In this document: one piece after another, positions 1 through 9,503 of the stretch
Position numbering within the stretch: position 1 is the first letter of the stretch
Layout: the number at the start of each line of letters is the position of its first letter
Assembly: GCA_964643005.1 (NCBI GenBank)
Contig: CAZXQI010000004.1
Coordinates: forward strand, 1,690 to 65,689
Direction: 5' to 3'
DNA length: 64,000 bases
Source: an uncultured Saprospiraceae bacterium
GTDB lineage: Bacteria > Bacteroidota > Bacteroidia > Chitinophagales > Saprospiraceae
The notes under the pieces: model-generated
What the model saw: only the letters and a program-made list of their open reading frames with translations
Databases searched by the model: none
What the model was told of the DNA's origin: nothing
Translations under genes and position numbers: made by a program

Positions 1-303
1 TTTTTGATAATCGTAAATCCATATCAGCAAGATGAATGTTAGTTTTAAACCACAGTTGGAAGATGGAGGGGATGAATGAACCTGGGCGCCATACTTCCGG
101 CGGGAATTCTCAATGGATTGGTCTTGTAGCTGAAAGCAATTACTTTTGCTTTGTTGGCGCCAGAGGATTTTAAATTTATCTAAAGTGTCCTGACTCAAAT
201 GCGTTCGAGAAAAAATGCCGGTCTGACAATCAGTGGATTGTGGCATGCTTCTAACAGGTTTTGAAAATTCAATAATTATTTACCAATAAATCCAATCGAC
301 ATT

Positions 304-2091
304 ATGGAAGATACGCTCATGAAATCAGATATTCTGAAAGGAGGAGAATTCATCATCAAAGAAACCGGTTTTGAACACACTTTCACTCCGGAAGACACCA
401 ATGAAGACCAAAGAATGATTCGCCAGACGGTTCGCGACTTTGCCAAAGAAAGCGGGGACAAAACCAATCACCTCGAATTTCAGATAGAGCTGATGGACAA
501 GGCGGGCGAGCTGGGGCTACTCGGCGCTCACATTCCCGAAGAATATGGCGGAATGTTGATGGACACGAACACCAATACCATTATCAGCGAAGAACTTGGC
601 AGCATGGGCGGAGGCTTCGCCACTACAATTGCAGCCCATACGGGCATCGGGATGTTGCCCATCCTTTATTTTGGCACGGAAGAACTGAAGCGCAAGTACC
701 TGCCCCGATTAGTTTCGGGCGAGTGGAAAGCCTCTTACTGCCTGACCGAGCCTGGCTCCGGCTCCGATGCGCTGTCCGCCAAGACGAGGGCAGACCTCAG
801 TGAAGACGGCCGGCATTACATTCTCAACGGACAAAAAATGTGGATCACGAATGCGGGTTTTGCCCATTTGTTTACCGTATTTGCCCAGGTAGGAGGCGAT
901 AAGTTTACCGGATTCGTCGTCGAGCGAGACTCGCCGGGTCTTAGCCTCGGCGCCGAAGAGCACAAGCTCGGCATCAAGGGCTCTTCTACCCGACAGGTAT
1001 TTTTTGAAAATGTAAAAGTTCCGGTGGGAAACGTCCTCGGCGAAATTGGCAGGGGACACCTCATCGCCTTCAATGCGCTGAACATTGGTCGTTTCAAACT
1101 CGGCGTCATGTGCATGGGAGGCGGCAAAAAGGCGATTGGTATCAGCGTAAAATACGCCAACGAGCGCCAGCAGTTTGGCCAGTCCATTTCGGGATTTGGA
1201 GCGATTAAACACAAACTGGCAGAGCAGGCGCTCCGAACTTTTGCGCTGGAATCCGTCTGCTATAGGGTGTCGGATCTCCTACAGGATAAAAAGGATGCGC
1301 TGATGAAAAAAGGCGCCGGCTATTCTGAGGCGCAACTAAAGGCAGCCGAGGAATACGCGATAGAGTGCGCTATCATTAAGGTCTATGGTTCCGAAGTAAC
1401 GGACTTTGTAGTGGATGAGATGGTGCAGATCCACGGTGGAAATGGCTTCAGCGAGGAGTATCCCGCTGCGAGAGCTTATCGGGATGCCCGCATCAATCGT
1501 ATTTACGAGGGCACGAGCGAAATCAACCGGATGCTGATGGTCTCTCAATTGCTGAAAAGAGCCATGAAAGGCCAAATTGATATGGTAGGGCCGGCCTGGG
1601 CGGTTCAGAAGGAATTGGCTTCCATGCCTTCCTTTGCTAATGTCGAAGGCAGCTACGCCGAAGAAAAGAAGGCCTTGCAGGATTTCAAAAAGGTTATTCT
1701 GTTGACCGCAGGCGCTGCGGTAAAAATGCAGATGGACGGCCAGCTCGATATCAAAGAGGAGCAGGAAATCACGATGAACGTGGCCGATATGATGATAGAT
1801 ACTTTTTTGGGAGAATCCCTCCTGCATCGGGTAGAAAAGCTGAGCAATATGGCCGATAAAGCCCACAGCCAGGAAGTTTACGACGCCATGCTGAAAGTTT
1901 TCTTTGCAGACGCTACCGGCAGGTTGACCAAAAATGCCACGGACGCCCTGGCCTCTTTTGCCGAAGGCGATATGCTTAAGACTTTCCTCATGGGCGTGAA
2001 GCGATTTACAAAGTACCCGCCGGTCAACGTCAAAAATGCGCGCAGACTAATAGCGGATACCCTGATTAAAGCCGATGATTATTGCTTTTAA
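304..2091 (+). CDS. acyl-CoA dehydrogenase (long ~600-aa form)
   Basis: 595-aa ORF. ACAD signatures YCLTEPGSGSDA and QIHGGNGFSEEYPAARAYRDARINRIYEGTSEI, plus an extra C-terminal helical region. Confidence 0.9.
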   Translation: MEDTLMKSDILKGGEFIIKETGFEHTFTPEDTNEDQRMIRQTVRDFAKESGDKTNHLEFQIELMDKAGELGLLGAHIPEEYGGMLMDTNTNTIISEELGSMGGGFATTIAAHTGIGMLPILYFGTEELKRKYLPRLVSGEWKASYCLTEPGSGSDALSAKTRADLSEDGRHYILNGQKMWITNAGFAHLFTVFAQVGGDKFTGFVVERDSPGLSLGAEEHKLGIKGSSTRQVFFENVKVPVGNVLGEIGRGHLIAFNALNIGRFKLGVMCMGGGKKAIGISVKYANERQQFGQSISGFGAIKHKLAEQALRTFALESVCYRVSDLLQDKKDALMKKGAGYSEAQLKAAEEYAIECAIIKVYGSEVTDFVVDEMVQIHGGNGFSEEYPAARAYRDARINRIYEGTSEINRMLMVSQLLKRAMKGQIDMVGPAWAVQKELASMPSFANVEGSYAEEKKALQDFKKVILLTAGAAVKMQMDGQLDIKEEQEITMNVADMMIDTFLGESLLHRVEKLSNMADKAHSQEVYDAMLKVFFADATGRLTKNATDALASFAEGDMLKTFLMGVKRFTKYPPVNVKNARRLIADTLIKADDYCF

Positions 2092-2118
2092 TATTTTTCT
2101 AAGTTTATAGAGGCAAAA

Positions 2119-2152
2119 GGCTGTCTGTGACTCAGGCAGTCTTTTGTTTTTT
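2119..2152 (+). terminator. intrinsic terminator after the acyl-CoA dehydrogenase gene
   Basis: 9-bp stem ggctgtctg/caggcagtc (two G-U pairs), 5-nt loop, then ttttgtttttt. Lies 28 nt past the stop codon. Confidence 0.6.
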
Positions 2153-2328
2153 AGTTACAGCGCTAAGAGATTGCGAATGTCTGCCTTGCCCATCAATCGC
2201 CTGACAGTTATAAATTGCCCAAATTTTCACGGATTTAATTTTTTACTTTGCCAACGCTGGAGGGGCGCTTTGGCAATGTTGTCTCCTTTTCCAAAGATTT
2301 CCTTCGCCCTTACTTTTGACGATATCTT

Positions 2329-3081
2329 GTGATGACGATTGAGTATCTTTTTTTGGCTTTTGGTCTTTTCTTTATAGTCGCTCTGTTGTATTCCTCAGTA
2401 GGACATGCCGGAGCGTCAGGCTATCTGGCCATTATGGCGCTGCTCTCTTTTCCCGTAGATAGCATCAAAACTACCTCCTTAGTATTAAATATTCTGGTGG
2501 CCTCCATCGGTACTTATCGCTTCCTGAAAGCAGGCTATTTTGATAAAAAGGTGTTTGCCATCTTCGCTGTAACTTCTATTCCCATAGCCTTTCTGGGCGG
2601 CGCTATGCAGCCTGATCCCAGGCTGTTCAGATTGTTGGCCGGTATTTTTTTGCTGCTGTCCGCTCTGCTGTTAATCGGAAAAAACCTATTGCCAAAACAG
2701 AGGGATGAACAACCGAGGCCCGTGCCGCTGGCGCCAGGCCTTGCCATTGGAGCGGCTATCGGCTTTATGTCGGGGCTGATTGGCGTGGGGGGCGGCATTT
2801 TCCTCTCTCCCATCATCATCCTGATGAACTGGACGACCGTAAAAAACACTTCTGGCGTGGCGGCCTTGTTCATTCTCTGCAATTCGATAATGGGCCTTGC
2901 CGGTCACTTTTCCAGAATACAGACGGTAGATGTACACATTGCCTGGTGGGCGGTCGCTGTTGTCCTTGGGGGACTGGTCGGCTCGCATCTCGGCGCCTCC
3001 CGCTTTCCCAATAGCATCATCCTGACCGTGCTGGCCTTAGTGCTATTGTCGGCGGGGATTAAGTTCGTCTTTGTGGGCTGA
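2329..3081 (+). CDS. TauE/SafE (DUF81) family anion-exporter-like membrane protein
   Basis: 250-aa polytopic membrane ORF. N-terminal SSVGHAGASGYLAIMALL and internal GLIGVGGGIFLSPII motifs are typical of TauE/SafE. Confidence 0.8.
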   Translation: MMTIEYLFLAFGLFFIVALLYSSVGHAGASGYLAIMALLSFPVDSIKTTSLVLNILVASIGTYRFLKAGYFDKKVFAIFAVTSIPIAFLGGAMQPDPRLFRLLAGIFLLLSALLLIGKNLLPKQRDEQPRPVPLAPGLAIGAAIGFMSGLIGVGGGIFLSPIIILMNWTTVKNTSGVAALFILCNSIMGLAGHFSRIQTVDVHIAWWAVAVVLGGLVGSHLGASRFPNSIILTVLALVLLSAGIKFVFVG

Positions 3082-3517
3082 GTATTTTGGACAGGATTCT
3101 TATTGCCTGATTTTCAATTAGATAGAATGTAGTCTTTATCCTTGACGATTAATTTTCTACCTTTTTTTAAAATTTTTCAACTTTCCTGTAACCTTTTCAT
3201 TCCTTGCCGACTCTAAAGGACTGTAAGCTTTTTAAAAAAAGTTTCAAAGCAATCCAAACAAATAAACGAAAGCGATGAATCAATTTTAAACAAGTTATTT
3301 AATCCTAAAAAGCTGCCTTTTGTGGTAGATCTCCAACTACAGGCGCAAAAATTTTCCGCCTTACTGCCTCAATAGAAAATCTAACTCCAAATCGCTACCG
3401 GCAGGCCTCCGACTAAGGGCCTTAAGACAGATGAGATTACAGAGAATTTGATTTTGTGAAATGGCCAATTCAACTGTTGCCGGAATGAGGATTTTTTAAT
3501 AAACACAATTCCAGGTC

Positions 3518-4168
3518 ATGACTCAGGTTGAAACATTGACAGACGTTGAAGTTATTGAGCGCATTTTAAAAGGAGAAAAGGCGCTGTACGAGTTGATTAT
3601 CAGGCGGTACAACCCCTATCTGTACAAGATTGGCAGGTCGTACAACTATAGTCATGAGGATACGCAGGATTTGATGCAGGATACTTATATTGACGCCTAT
3701 AAGAACTTATACAAGTTTGAAGGACGTTCAGGCTTTAAGACCTGGATCATGCGCATTATGCTGAACAACAGCTACCGAAAAAAGGAAAAATCAAGTTTCA
3801 AAAATGAATTCACACAGGAAAGTGTGAGCGAAAATTCGGTACCTATGTTTGCAAATTCTAACAACGATACAAGTATGGTCGTTCACAACCGGGAGTTGAG
3901 GAACGCCATTGAACAGGCCCTCCTGAATATACCGGAAGATTATCGAATGGTGTTTTCTCTGAGAGAGATGAACGGCCTGAATGTGGCTGAAACTTCTGAA
4001 ATGCTAAATATCAGCGAGGCCAATGTAAAAGTGCGGCTGAACAGAGCGAAAACAATGCTGAGAACGGAACTGGAGAAAAACTATTCTGCCGCTGATCTGT
4101 TTGAATTTAGTCTTATCTACTGCGACGCAATGGTAGATCGGGTCATGAAAGAAATAGAAAAACTCTGA
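3518..4168 (+). CDS. RNA polymerase ECF-type sigma-70 factor
   Basis: 216 aa. Region 2 (DTQDLMQDTYIDAYKNLYKFEGRSGFKTWIMRI) and region 4 HTH (NVAETSEMLNISEANVKVRLNRAKTML). Confidence 0.85.
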   Translation: MTQVETLTDVEVIERILKGEKALYELIIRRYNPYLYKIGRSYNYSHEDTQDLMQDTYIDAYKNLYKFEGRSGFKTWIMRIMLNNSYRKKEKSSFKNEFTQESVSENSVPMFANSNNDTSMVVHNRELRNAIEQALLNIPEDYRMVFSLREMNGLNVAETSEMLNISEANVKVRLNRAKTMLRTELEKNYSAADLFEFSLIYCDAMVDRVMKEIEKL

Positions 4169-4456
4169 TAATTATGCCTGTCAAAGATAAATACCATTCT
4201 AACCAACACATGAAAAGATGGTATTTCTATATCTTTTCATTCTTCCCTATATAGTTCAATTTTCACGGCTAATGTAGTTGCGCACTTTTCGTAACTTTTA
4301 AGCCTTTTCAAAACTATATCAAGACTGCAATATAGTAATTATGGCGAATCATTACTTCGCCATATATCGTTGTGCCCGTCCTGATAGTATGACCCATTCA
4401 TTGAGCCAATTATTTCAAAGATTAAATTCATTTCAAACTATTTTAAATTTAAAATA

Positions 4457-4999
4457 ATGAAAACGTTAATAAACCTCGTATCCTGGGCATGTGCAATGTT
4501 TGCATTCACCCTGTTCTTTTCAACCGTCAGTTTTGCACAAAACTCGCCAACGCTTACCGACCCTCAAATAGCTTCGGTAGCGCTGACAGCCAACCAAATT
4601 GACGTGGACTATGCGCTTATAGCTCAAAAGAAATCTAAAAATGCCGAAATCCTGAGATTTGCTCAGACGATGAAAGACGACCACTTAGGAGTTATAGATA
4701 TGGCGACGAAATTAGCCAACAGGCTCGGCGTCACTCCAATGACTAACGACGTCACCAAATCATTGTTAGAAGGCGCTGAAACAATGAAAGCCACTTTGAA
4801 TTCCAAATCTGGAAAAGCTTTCAACAAAGCATATATTGACAATGAAGTCACTTATCACGAAGCAGTGATAGGCGCTGTTGAAACCGTATTGATTCCACAG
4901 TCTCAAAATGAGGAATTAAAAGCTCTGTTGGTCAATGTATTGCCGGCTTTGAAAGTACACCTCCAACACGCCAGAATGGTTCAAAGCAATTTAAAATAA
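4457..4999 (+). CDS. DUF4142 domain-containing secreted protein
   Basis: 180 aa with a signal peptide. Duplicated helical pattern (QIDVDYALIAQKKSKNAEILRFAQTMKDDH ... FNKAYIDNEVTYHEAV) as in DUF4142, recalled from memory. Confidence 0.65.
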   Translation: MKTLINLVSWACAMFAFTLFFSTVSFAQNSPTLTDPQIASVALTANQIDVDYALIAQKKSKNAEILRFAQTMKDDHLGVIDMATKLANRLGVTPMTNDVTKSLLEGAETMKATLNSKSGKAFNKAYIDNEVTYHEAVIGAVETVLIPQSQNEELKALLVNVLPALKVHLQHARMVQSNLK

Positions 5000-5006
5000 A
5001 GAAGAC

Positions 5007-5369
5007 ATGTTAACGAAAATATTAAAGTTGGGTTTGGCTTCGCTGGTACTGATTAGCTTATCGCTCGTCGGTTGTAACTCTGATTCAAATAGCGCTACGC
5101 AATCCGAATCCGAAGCCGGTAACTCCAGAACGCATACGGTCGTCATCGAACAGATGCAATACAAGCCCAATGAAATTACGGTGAGTAAAGGCGATACGAT
5201 CATTTTTGACAATAAGGACATTGTCGCTCATGATGTTACTGAAAAAAATAAAGCATGGCAATCTCCGACTCTGAATCCCGGCGATACCTGGACTTTTGTG
5301 CCTGAAGAGAGCGCTGATTATTTTTGCAGTATTCACCTGGTGATGACAGGAAAGATTATTGTAAAATAG
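5007..5369 (+). CDS. cupredoxin (amicyanin/plastocyanin-like blue copper) lipoprotein
   Basis: 120 aa. Lipobox LVGC. Copper ligand pattern of His in VAHDV and C-x2-H-x2-M in FCSIHLVM at the C-terminus. Starts 7 nt after the DUF4142 gene. Confidence 0.75.
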   Translation: MLTKILKLGLASLVLISLSLVGCNSDSNSATQSESEAGNSRTHTVVIEQMQYKPNEITVSKGDTIIFDNKDIVAHDVTEKNKAWQSPTLNPGDTWTFVPEESADYFCSIHLVMTGKIIVK

Positions 5370-5421
5370 AGGCGATTGCATGCCTTTAATCTGGATCAAA
5401 TTTAATGTATTATATTACAAG

Positions 5422-5528
5422 CCACGATAGATTTTGAATGTTTTGCGGCACACTGCAAACGCTTGCGCCGACGGCTTTCCGCTGAATCTTCTGACAAAAG
5501 CTATATTCAAAATCATCGTGGTTTTTTT
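5422..5528 (+). other. ~107-nt structured element closed by a long stem and followed by T7 (terminator or regulatory RNA)
   Basis: Arms ccacgatagattttgaat (5422-5439) and attcaaaatcatcgtgg (5505-5521) pair over 17 bp with one bulged A. Inner helices are ttttg/caaaa, gcgg/ccgc, gcaa/ttgc and gcc/ggc. A T7 run at 5522-5528 follows. Confidence 0.4.
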
Positions 5529-5641
5529 ATGCAATAAATGAAAGGAAATAATGAAAGCGGCAGTTCAATAAGTGGTTTTACCGACTATGCGCTGCGAGCT
5601 TCCACTGTGAAATATTCATTAACCTAAATAAACGAACTCCG

Positions 5642-6292
5642 ATGTTAGTACAAGAAATTACGAACTCTGGCTTTAGCGAGGCGCTGACCGCCACTCCAGC
5701 CCGCCATGATAACCCGGCATTGAGCGAAGAGGAAAAGATGGAAAAAATCGAGTACCATTTTGCCAAAATCATGAATACGCTGGGACTTGATCTCTCCGAC
5801 GACAGCCTAAACAAAACTCCGAAACGGGTGGCAAAGATGTTTGTAAGGGAGATATTCAGCGGATTGAACCCCGAGAACAAGCCGGAAATAACCCTTTTTA
5901 AAAACAAATATGGCTACAAAAAAATGCTCGTTGAAAAGGACATCACGCTCTATTCCACCTGCGAGCATCATTTTGTGCCAATCATTGGTAAGGTACACGT
6001 CGCCTATATTCCCGGCGAATATGTGGTCGGGCTGTCGAAAATAAATCGCTTAGTGCAATTCTACGCCAAGCGCCCACAAGTGCAGGAGCGACTGACCATG
6101 CAAATTTTAGAAGGGCTTAAAGAAATGCTAAACAATGATAATGTAGCGGTTGTTATCGAAGCGGATCATTTATGCGTAGCTTCGAGAGGCATCAGGGACG
6201 CAGGCAGTTCAACTACTACGGCAGCCTACTCCGGACAGTTTGAAGATGAAGTCACTAAGCAGGAATTCTTATCATACATTTACAATAAATAA
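5642..6292 (+). CDS. folE: GTP cyclohydrolase I
   Basis: 216 aa. Contains STCEHHFVPIIGKVHVAYIP and the QVQERLT motif of FolE type 1. Confidence 0.92.
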   Translation: MLVQEITNSGFSEALTATPARHDNPALSEEEKMEKIEYHFAKIMNTLGLDLSDDSLNKTPKRVAKMFVREIFSGLNPENKPEITLFKNKYGYKKMLVEKDITLYSTCEHHFVPIIGKVHVAYIPGEYVVGLSKINRLVQFYAKRPQVQERLTMQILEGLKEMLNNDNVAVVIEADHLCVASRGIRDAGSSTTTAAYSGQFEDEVTKQEFLSYIYNK

Positions 6293-6300
6293 TAATAGCA

Positions 6301-6969
6301 ATGGCACAAAACGTTAAAATCAGGAAGATTGAGCATCTCACCCATGATGTACTGAGAATCATAGCTGACAAACCCAAAGGCATCAGTTACAACCCTGGAC
6401 AAGCTGCCGATGTAGCCGTCAATAAACCGGGATGGGAACAGGAATGGAGAAGTTTTACTTTTACTTCATTGCCTCATGAAGACTATATTGAATTCAATAT
6501 TAAAACTTACACTTCTCATAACGGAGTGACCAATCAACTGCTTTCTCTGCACGAAGGAGATGAATTGATCATCGGCGATGTTTACGGCGATATCGCTTAT
6601 AAGGGCGAAGGCGTCTTCATTGCAGGCGGAGCCGGAATAACGCCTTTCATTGCCATACTCAGAGACCTCGAAAGAAAACATGCTATCGGCAATAATAAAT
6701 TGCTGTTTGCCAATAAGACAAAAGGCGATATTATTCGGGAAGGGGATTTTAAAAAGCTATTGGGAGGCAATTATATCAACGTCTTGTCTGATGAAACAAT
6801 CGCAGGATATGAGCACGGCTTCATTACGATGGAAATGATTAAAAAATATTCGGACGCCAATCTGAAATATTATTATCTCTGCGGCTCCCCTCCCATGATG
6901 AACGCCATGGAAAAGCATTTAGCTTCCTTAGGCGTTGACGATAGCCATATCGTAAAAGAAGGGTTTTAA
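6301..6969 (+). CDS. ferredoxin-NADP reductase-like FAD/NAD-binding oxidoreductase
   Basis: 222 aa. Has RSFTFTS (RxYS/T-type FAD motif), GGAGITP (NAD(P) motif) and a C-terminal LCGSPPMM. Starts 8 nt after folE. Confidence 0.8.
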   Translation: MAQNVKIRKIEHLTHDVLRIIADKPKGISYNPGQAADVAVNKPGWEQEWRSFTFTSLPHEDYIEFNIKTYTSHNGVTNQLLSLHEGDELIIGDVYGDIAYKGEGVFIAGGAGITPFIAILRDLERKHAIGNNKLLFANKTKGDIIREGDFKKLLGGNYINVLSDETIAGYEHGFITMEMIKKYSDANLKYYYLCGSPPMMNAMEKHLASLGVDDSHIVKEGF

Positions 6970-7101
6970 CAGACCTCTGTTTTGAGGAAACTAAAAAATG
7001 CTAACAGAATTTTATTGAAAAGTACAGCCTGGAAGGATGAGCACCGCCAATATGAGGCAGCTTTACTTCCGGGCTTTTTTAATTTGAGATTATTCATAGT
7101 G

Positions 7102-7938
7102 TCAGAATACCCAGATGAATACGGCATAGACCAGCATCATCCCATCTATAAAGAGAAGATAAAAAATATCCGAATCGGCCTTTTTAGAATAGTAAATGAC
7201 TATTTTTAAAATCAATATGATGAGGAAGGCGTTGAGCAATCGAAGCCCGATGAAATATCTGAAGTATTGCCAGACGGCAAGCAGGCCGAATATGACTAAA
7301 AACAAATCCATCAGGCGATAGGTGTTTTTTAGTCCGATGGCATTGGGCAGGGTAAAAATTTGCTGTCGTTTGTCCGTCTCCATATCCCGGATATCAAAAG
7401 CTGCGCAAAGGGGTATCATAAAGCAAAACCTCATCAGAAACTCCACCTCGTAATCTTCAAAGCGCTTTTGCCAATAAAACATTGGCATCAGTACCGTCAC
7501 CGCCGCCCATACAAAAGATAACAGGAGCAACTTTAAAATGCCCCAGTCTTTCAGTCTCTTCTTTTGGGGAAAAGGAAGGATGGGAAGAGAATATGCGAGC
7601 GACAAGATTCCCAAAACGACGCTCACCAGAATGACCTGAACGTCCAAATAGAAAAGGCAGGCAAAAGAAGCAATTCCGGCCAGTGCGATTAGGAGGGGAT
7701 GTATCCATTTGTTTTCCTGCGACCAGTCCGCCCTGTCGGAGACGCCGGAGGGGAGCCTTTTTATAAAATAATGGATATTATAAATGCCGATTGTATTGGC
7801 GGCTACAAACAAATGGAGCACATTAAAAAAGGATGGATTGTGACCTAAAAGCAGCTTCTCAGTGGCCATGCTCAAGCCCACCGCACACATTGCAGCGAAG
7901 AAGCTCGTGTATAATATCCATTTTAAAAAAGGCGCCAC
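7102..7938 (-). CDS. polytopic membrane protein, possibly UbiA-type prenyltransferase family
   Basis: 278 aa with about 8 predicted TM helices. One Asp-rich DxxDxxxD motif (FDIRDMETD). The first UbiA motif was not clearly seen. Confidence 0.5.
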   Translation of the reverse strand: MAPFLKWILYTSFFAAMCAVGLSMATEKLLLGHNPSFFNVLHLFVAANTIGIYNIHYFIKRLPSGVSDRADWSQENKWIHPLLIALAGIASFACLFYLDVQVILVSVVLGILSLAYSLPILPFPQKKRLKDWGILKLLLLSFVWAAVTVLMPMFYWQKRFEDYEVEFLMRFCFMIPLCAAFDIRDMETDKRQQIFTLPNAIGLKNTYRLMDLFLVIFGLLAVWQYFRYFIGLRLLNAFLIILILKIVIYYSKKADSDIFYLLFIDGMMLVYAVFIWVF

Positions 7939-8288
7939 TTAAGTTGAGATTCAGTTGATTAAAAGAACAAAATTACAATAATCAGACTTCGATTATTTTA
8001 ACGAAAGGAGCAAATGAAACCGAAATCTGCGGGCTGTGACTTCAGTTTATTTGCGCAGCTCATAGCTTGTTCGCAGGGCTAAAGCAGCTATAAAAATTTG
8101 AGGAGTTGGGAATAGGACTTACCTTCGCAACTGATTTTTTTGTGGAAAAAATACCCTTTGTGTACTTCCATTTCGACCACAAAAGAGCCAGGTTTGACCA
8201 TAAATTAAGTCTTTCGGTTCAGCATGGAAAAAAGAGATTGAAACAGAAATGGCTTTTTAATTCATTCAAAAAAATAAATAAGTTAAAC

Positions 8289-8765
8289 ATGAAAAAGATC
8301 CAGTTACTGTTAGTTGTGGCCGCCAGCCTCCTGCTTTTTAGCTGTGGAAGCGAGGCCTCTCAAAATGACGCCACGAATCAGGAGGCAACGGAAATTGCCC
8401 AAGAGGAAGAACACGAAATTGACGGGCATGATTCTGAACCTATCGAATTGAACAACGGAGAACTTTGGCCGGTAAATGAGGAAATGAGACCTTTTCTCAT
8501 CAGGGGCGAAGAGCAGTTGGCCAACTTCATCAATAGCGGCTCCACGGATTATCAGGATCTGGCTGATAAACTGGCCAGAGAAAATGCCTCTCTCATCAAA
8601 AGCTGTACGATGGAAGGGAAAAGCCATGATGAATTGCACAAGTGGTTGCATCCGCACTTAGAATTGACCGACGCGCTGAAAAAGGCTGATTCTAATGAGA
8701 CGGCTGCTAAATTAGTTTCGGAACTTTCAGCCTCCTACGAGACCTATCACCAGTTTTTCAAATAA
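8289..8765 (+). CDS. hypothetical lipoprotein (His/Glu-rich)
   Basis: The internal ATG at 8289 gives MKKIQLLLVVAASLLLFSCGS (signal peptide plus lipobox). The upstream 61 codons of the track ORF look non-coding. Confidence 0.6.
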   Translation: MKKIQLLLVVAASLLLFSCGSEASQNDATNQEATEIAQEEEHEIDGHDSEPIELNNGELWPVNEEMRPFLIRGEEQLANFINSGSTDYQDLADKLARENASLIKSCTMEGKSHDELHKWLHPHLELTDALKKADSNETAAKLVSELSASYETYHQFFK

Positions 8766-8829
8766 ACAAACACTTGTTCTACGCCTGCCGGATAGCCCGG
8801 TGACGAGAGCAGCAAAATAAAATGCGATC

Positions 8830-9231
8830 ATGTCACGCAGGCAAATTACTCTAAAAGTAGCGGGAGTTCTGCTCGCCGCCTTCGCTTTGGTCACGCTGTA
8901 TATGAGCAGTTCCGTCCTGTTCGACTTATTTGGAGTTCGGGAAAAAGTGGGGAACTACGTGCCCTTTGTGGTCTTTGCAAATTTCATTGCGTCTTTGCTG
9001 TATCTGATAGCCGTATATGGAATTTTTACAAACAAAAGATGGCCTGGCAAATTACTGCTGATCACGGCCGGCCTTTTGGGGTTGTGCCTGGCCTGGTTCC
9101 TTTTTTACATTAGAGGAGGAGGTATATACGAAAAGCAAACTACCGTTGCTTTGCCCATGCGAACGGGAATTACTTTAGTCTTTGCCGCCATAGTATGGTT
9201 TTTGAATAGGGAAAAAAGGCCTTCTGCTTAA
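8830..9231 (+). CDS. hypothetical 4-TM membrane protein
   Basis: 133-aa ORF with four hydrophobic segments. No recognised motif. Confidence 0.5.
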   Translation: MSRRQITLKVAGVLLAAFALVTLYMSSSVLFDLFGVREKVGNYVPFVVFANFIASLLYLIAVYGIFTNKRWPGKLLLITAGLLGLCLAWFLFYIRGGGIYEKQTTVALPMRTGITLVFAAIVWFLNREKRPSA

Positions 9232-9353
9232 ACGAGCGATCGGAACTGTTTTTAGAAGTAGCTCTGCTGGCGTACGAAAATGCCTTTGTCAATGAAGGTT
9301 CAGCAGAATCTTATGCAGTGGAGCAGAGGAAAAGCGCAAAAGATTTTTGAAAA

Positions 9354-9389
9354 GAAATACCCGCCATTTGATGCGGGTATTTCTTTTTT
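9354..9389 (+). terminator. intrinsic terminator
   Basis: 11-bp stem gaaatacccgc/gcgggtatttc followed by a T-run (tttttta). Confidence 0.65.
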
Positions 9390-9446
9390 ATATCCATTGG
9401 ATAGCTGCGCTCTTAGAAAAAGGGAAACGAGAGCGCTTCAATAGAA

Positions 9447-9485
9447 AACGCCTCACAAATTGTATTTGCGAGGCGTTTTGTTTTT
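9447..9485. terminator. hairpin terminator downstream of catalase (bidirectional-looking)
   Basis: 14-bp stem aacgcctcacaaat/atttgcgaggcgtt with one mismatch. T-rich on the plus side and A-run on the other side. Lies about 20 nt from the catalase stop. Confidence 0.6.
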
Positions 9486-9503
9486 AAACTCTTACTTCTT
9501 GAA

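Noticed and set aside
8106-8288. N-terminal 61 codons of track ORF 8106-8765
   Set aside because: A non-ATG start and a sequence unlike proteins. A perfect signal peptide plus lipobox begins at the ATG at 8289, so the extension was dropped. The same logic was applied to 16248-16286, 16842-16883, 35445-35549, 41887-41994, 42219-42341 and 56343-56399.
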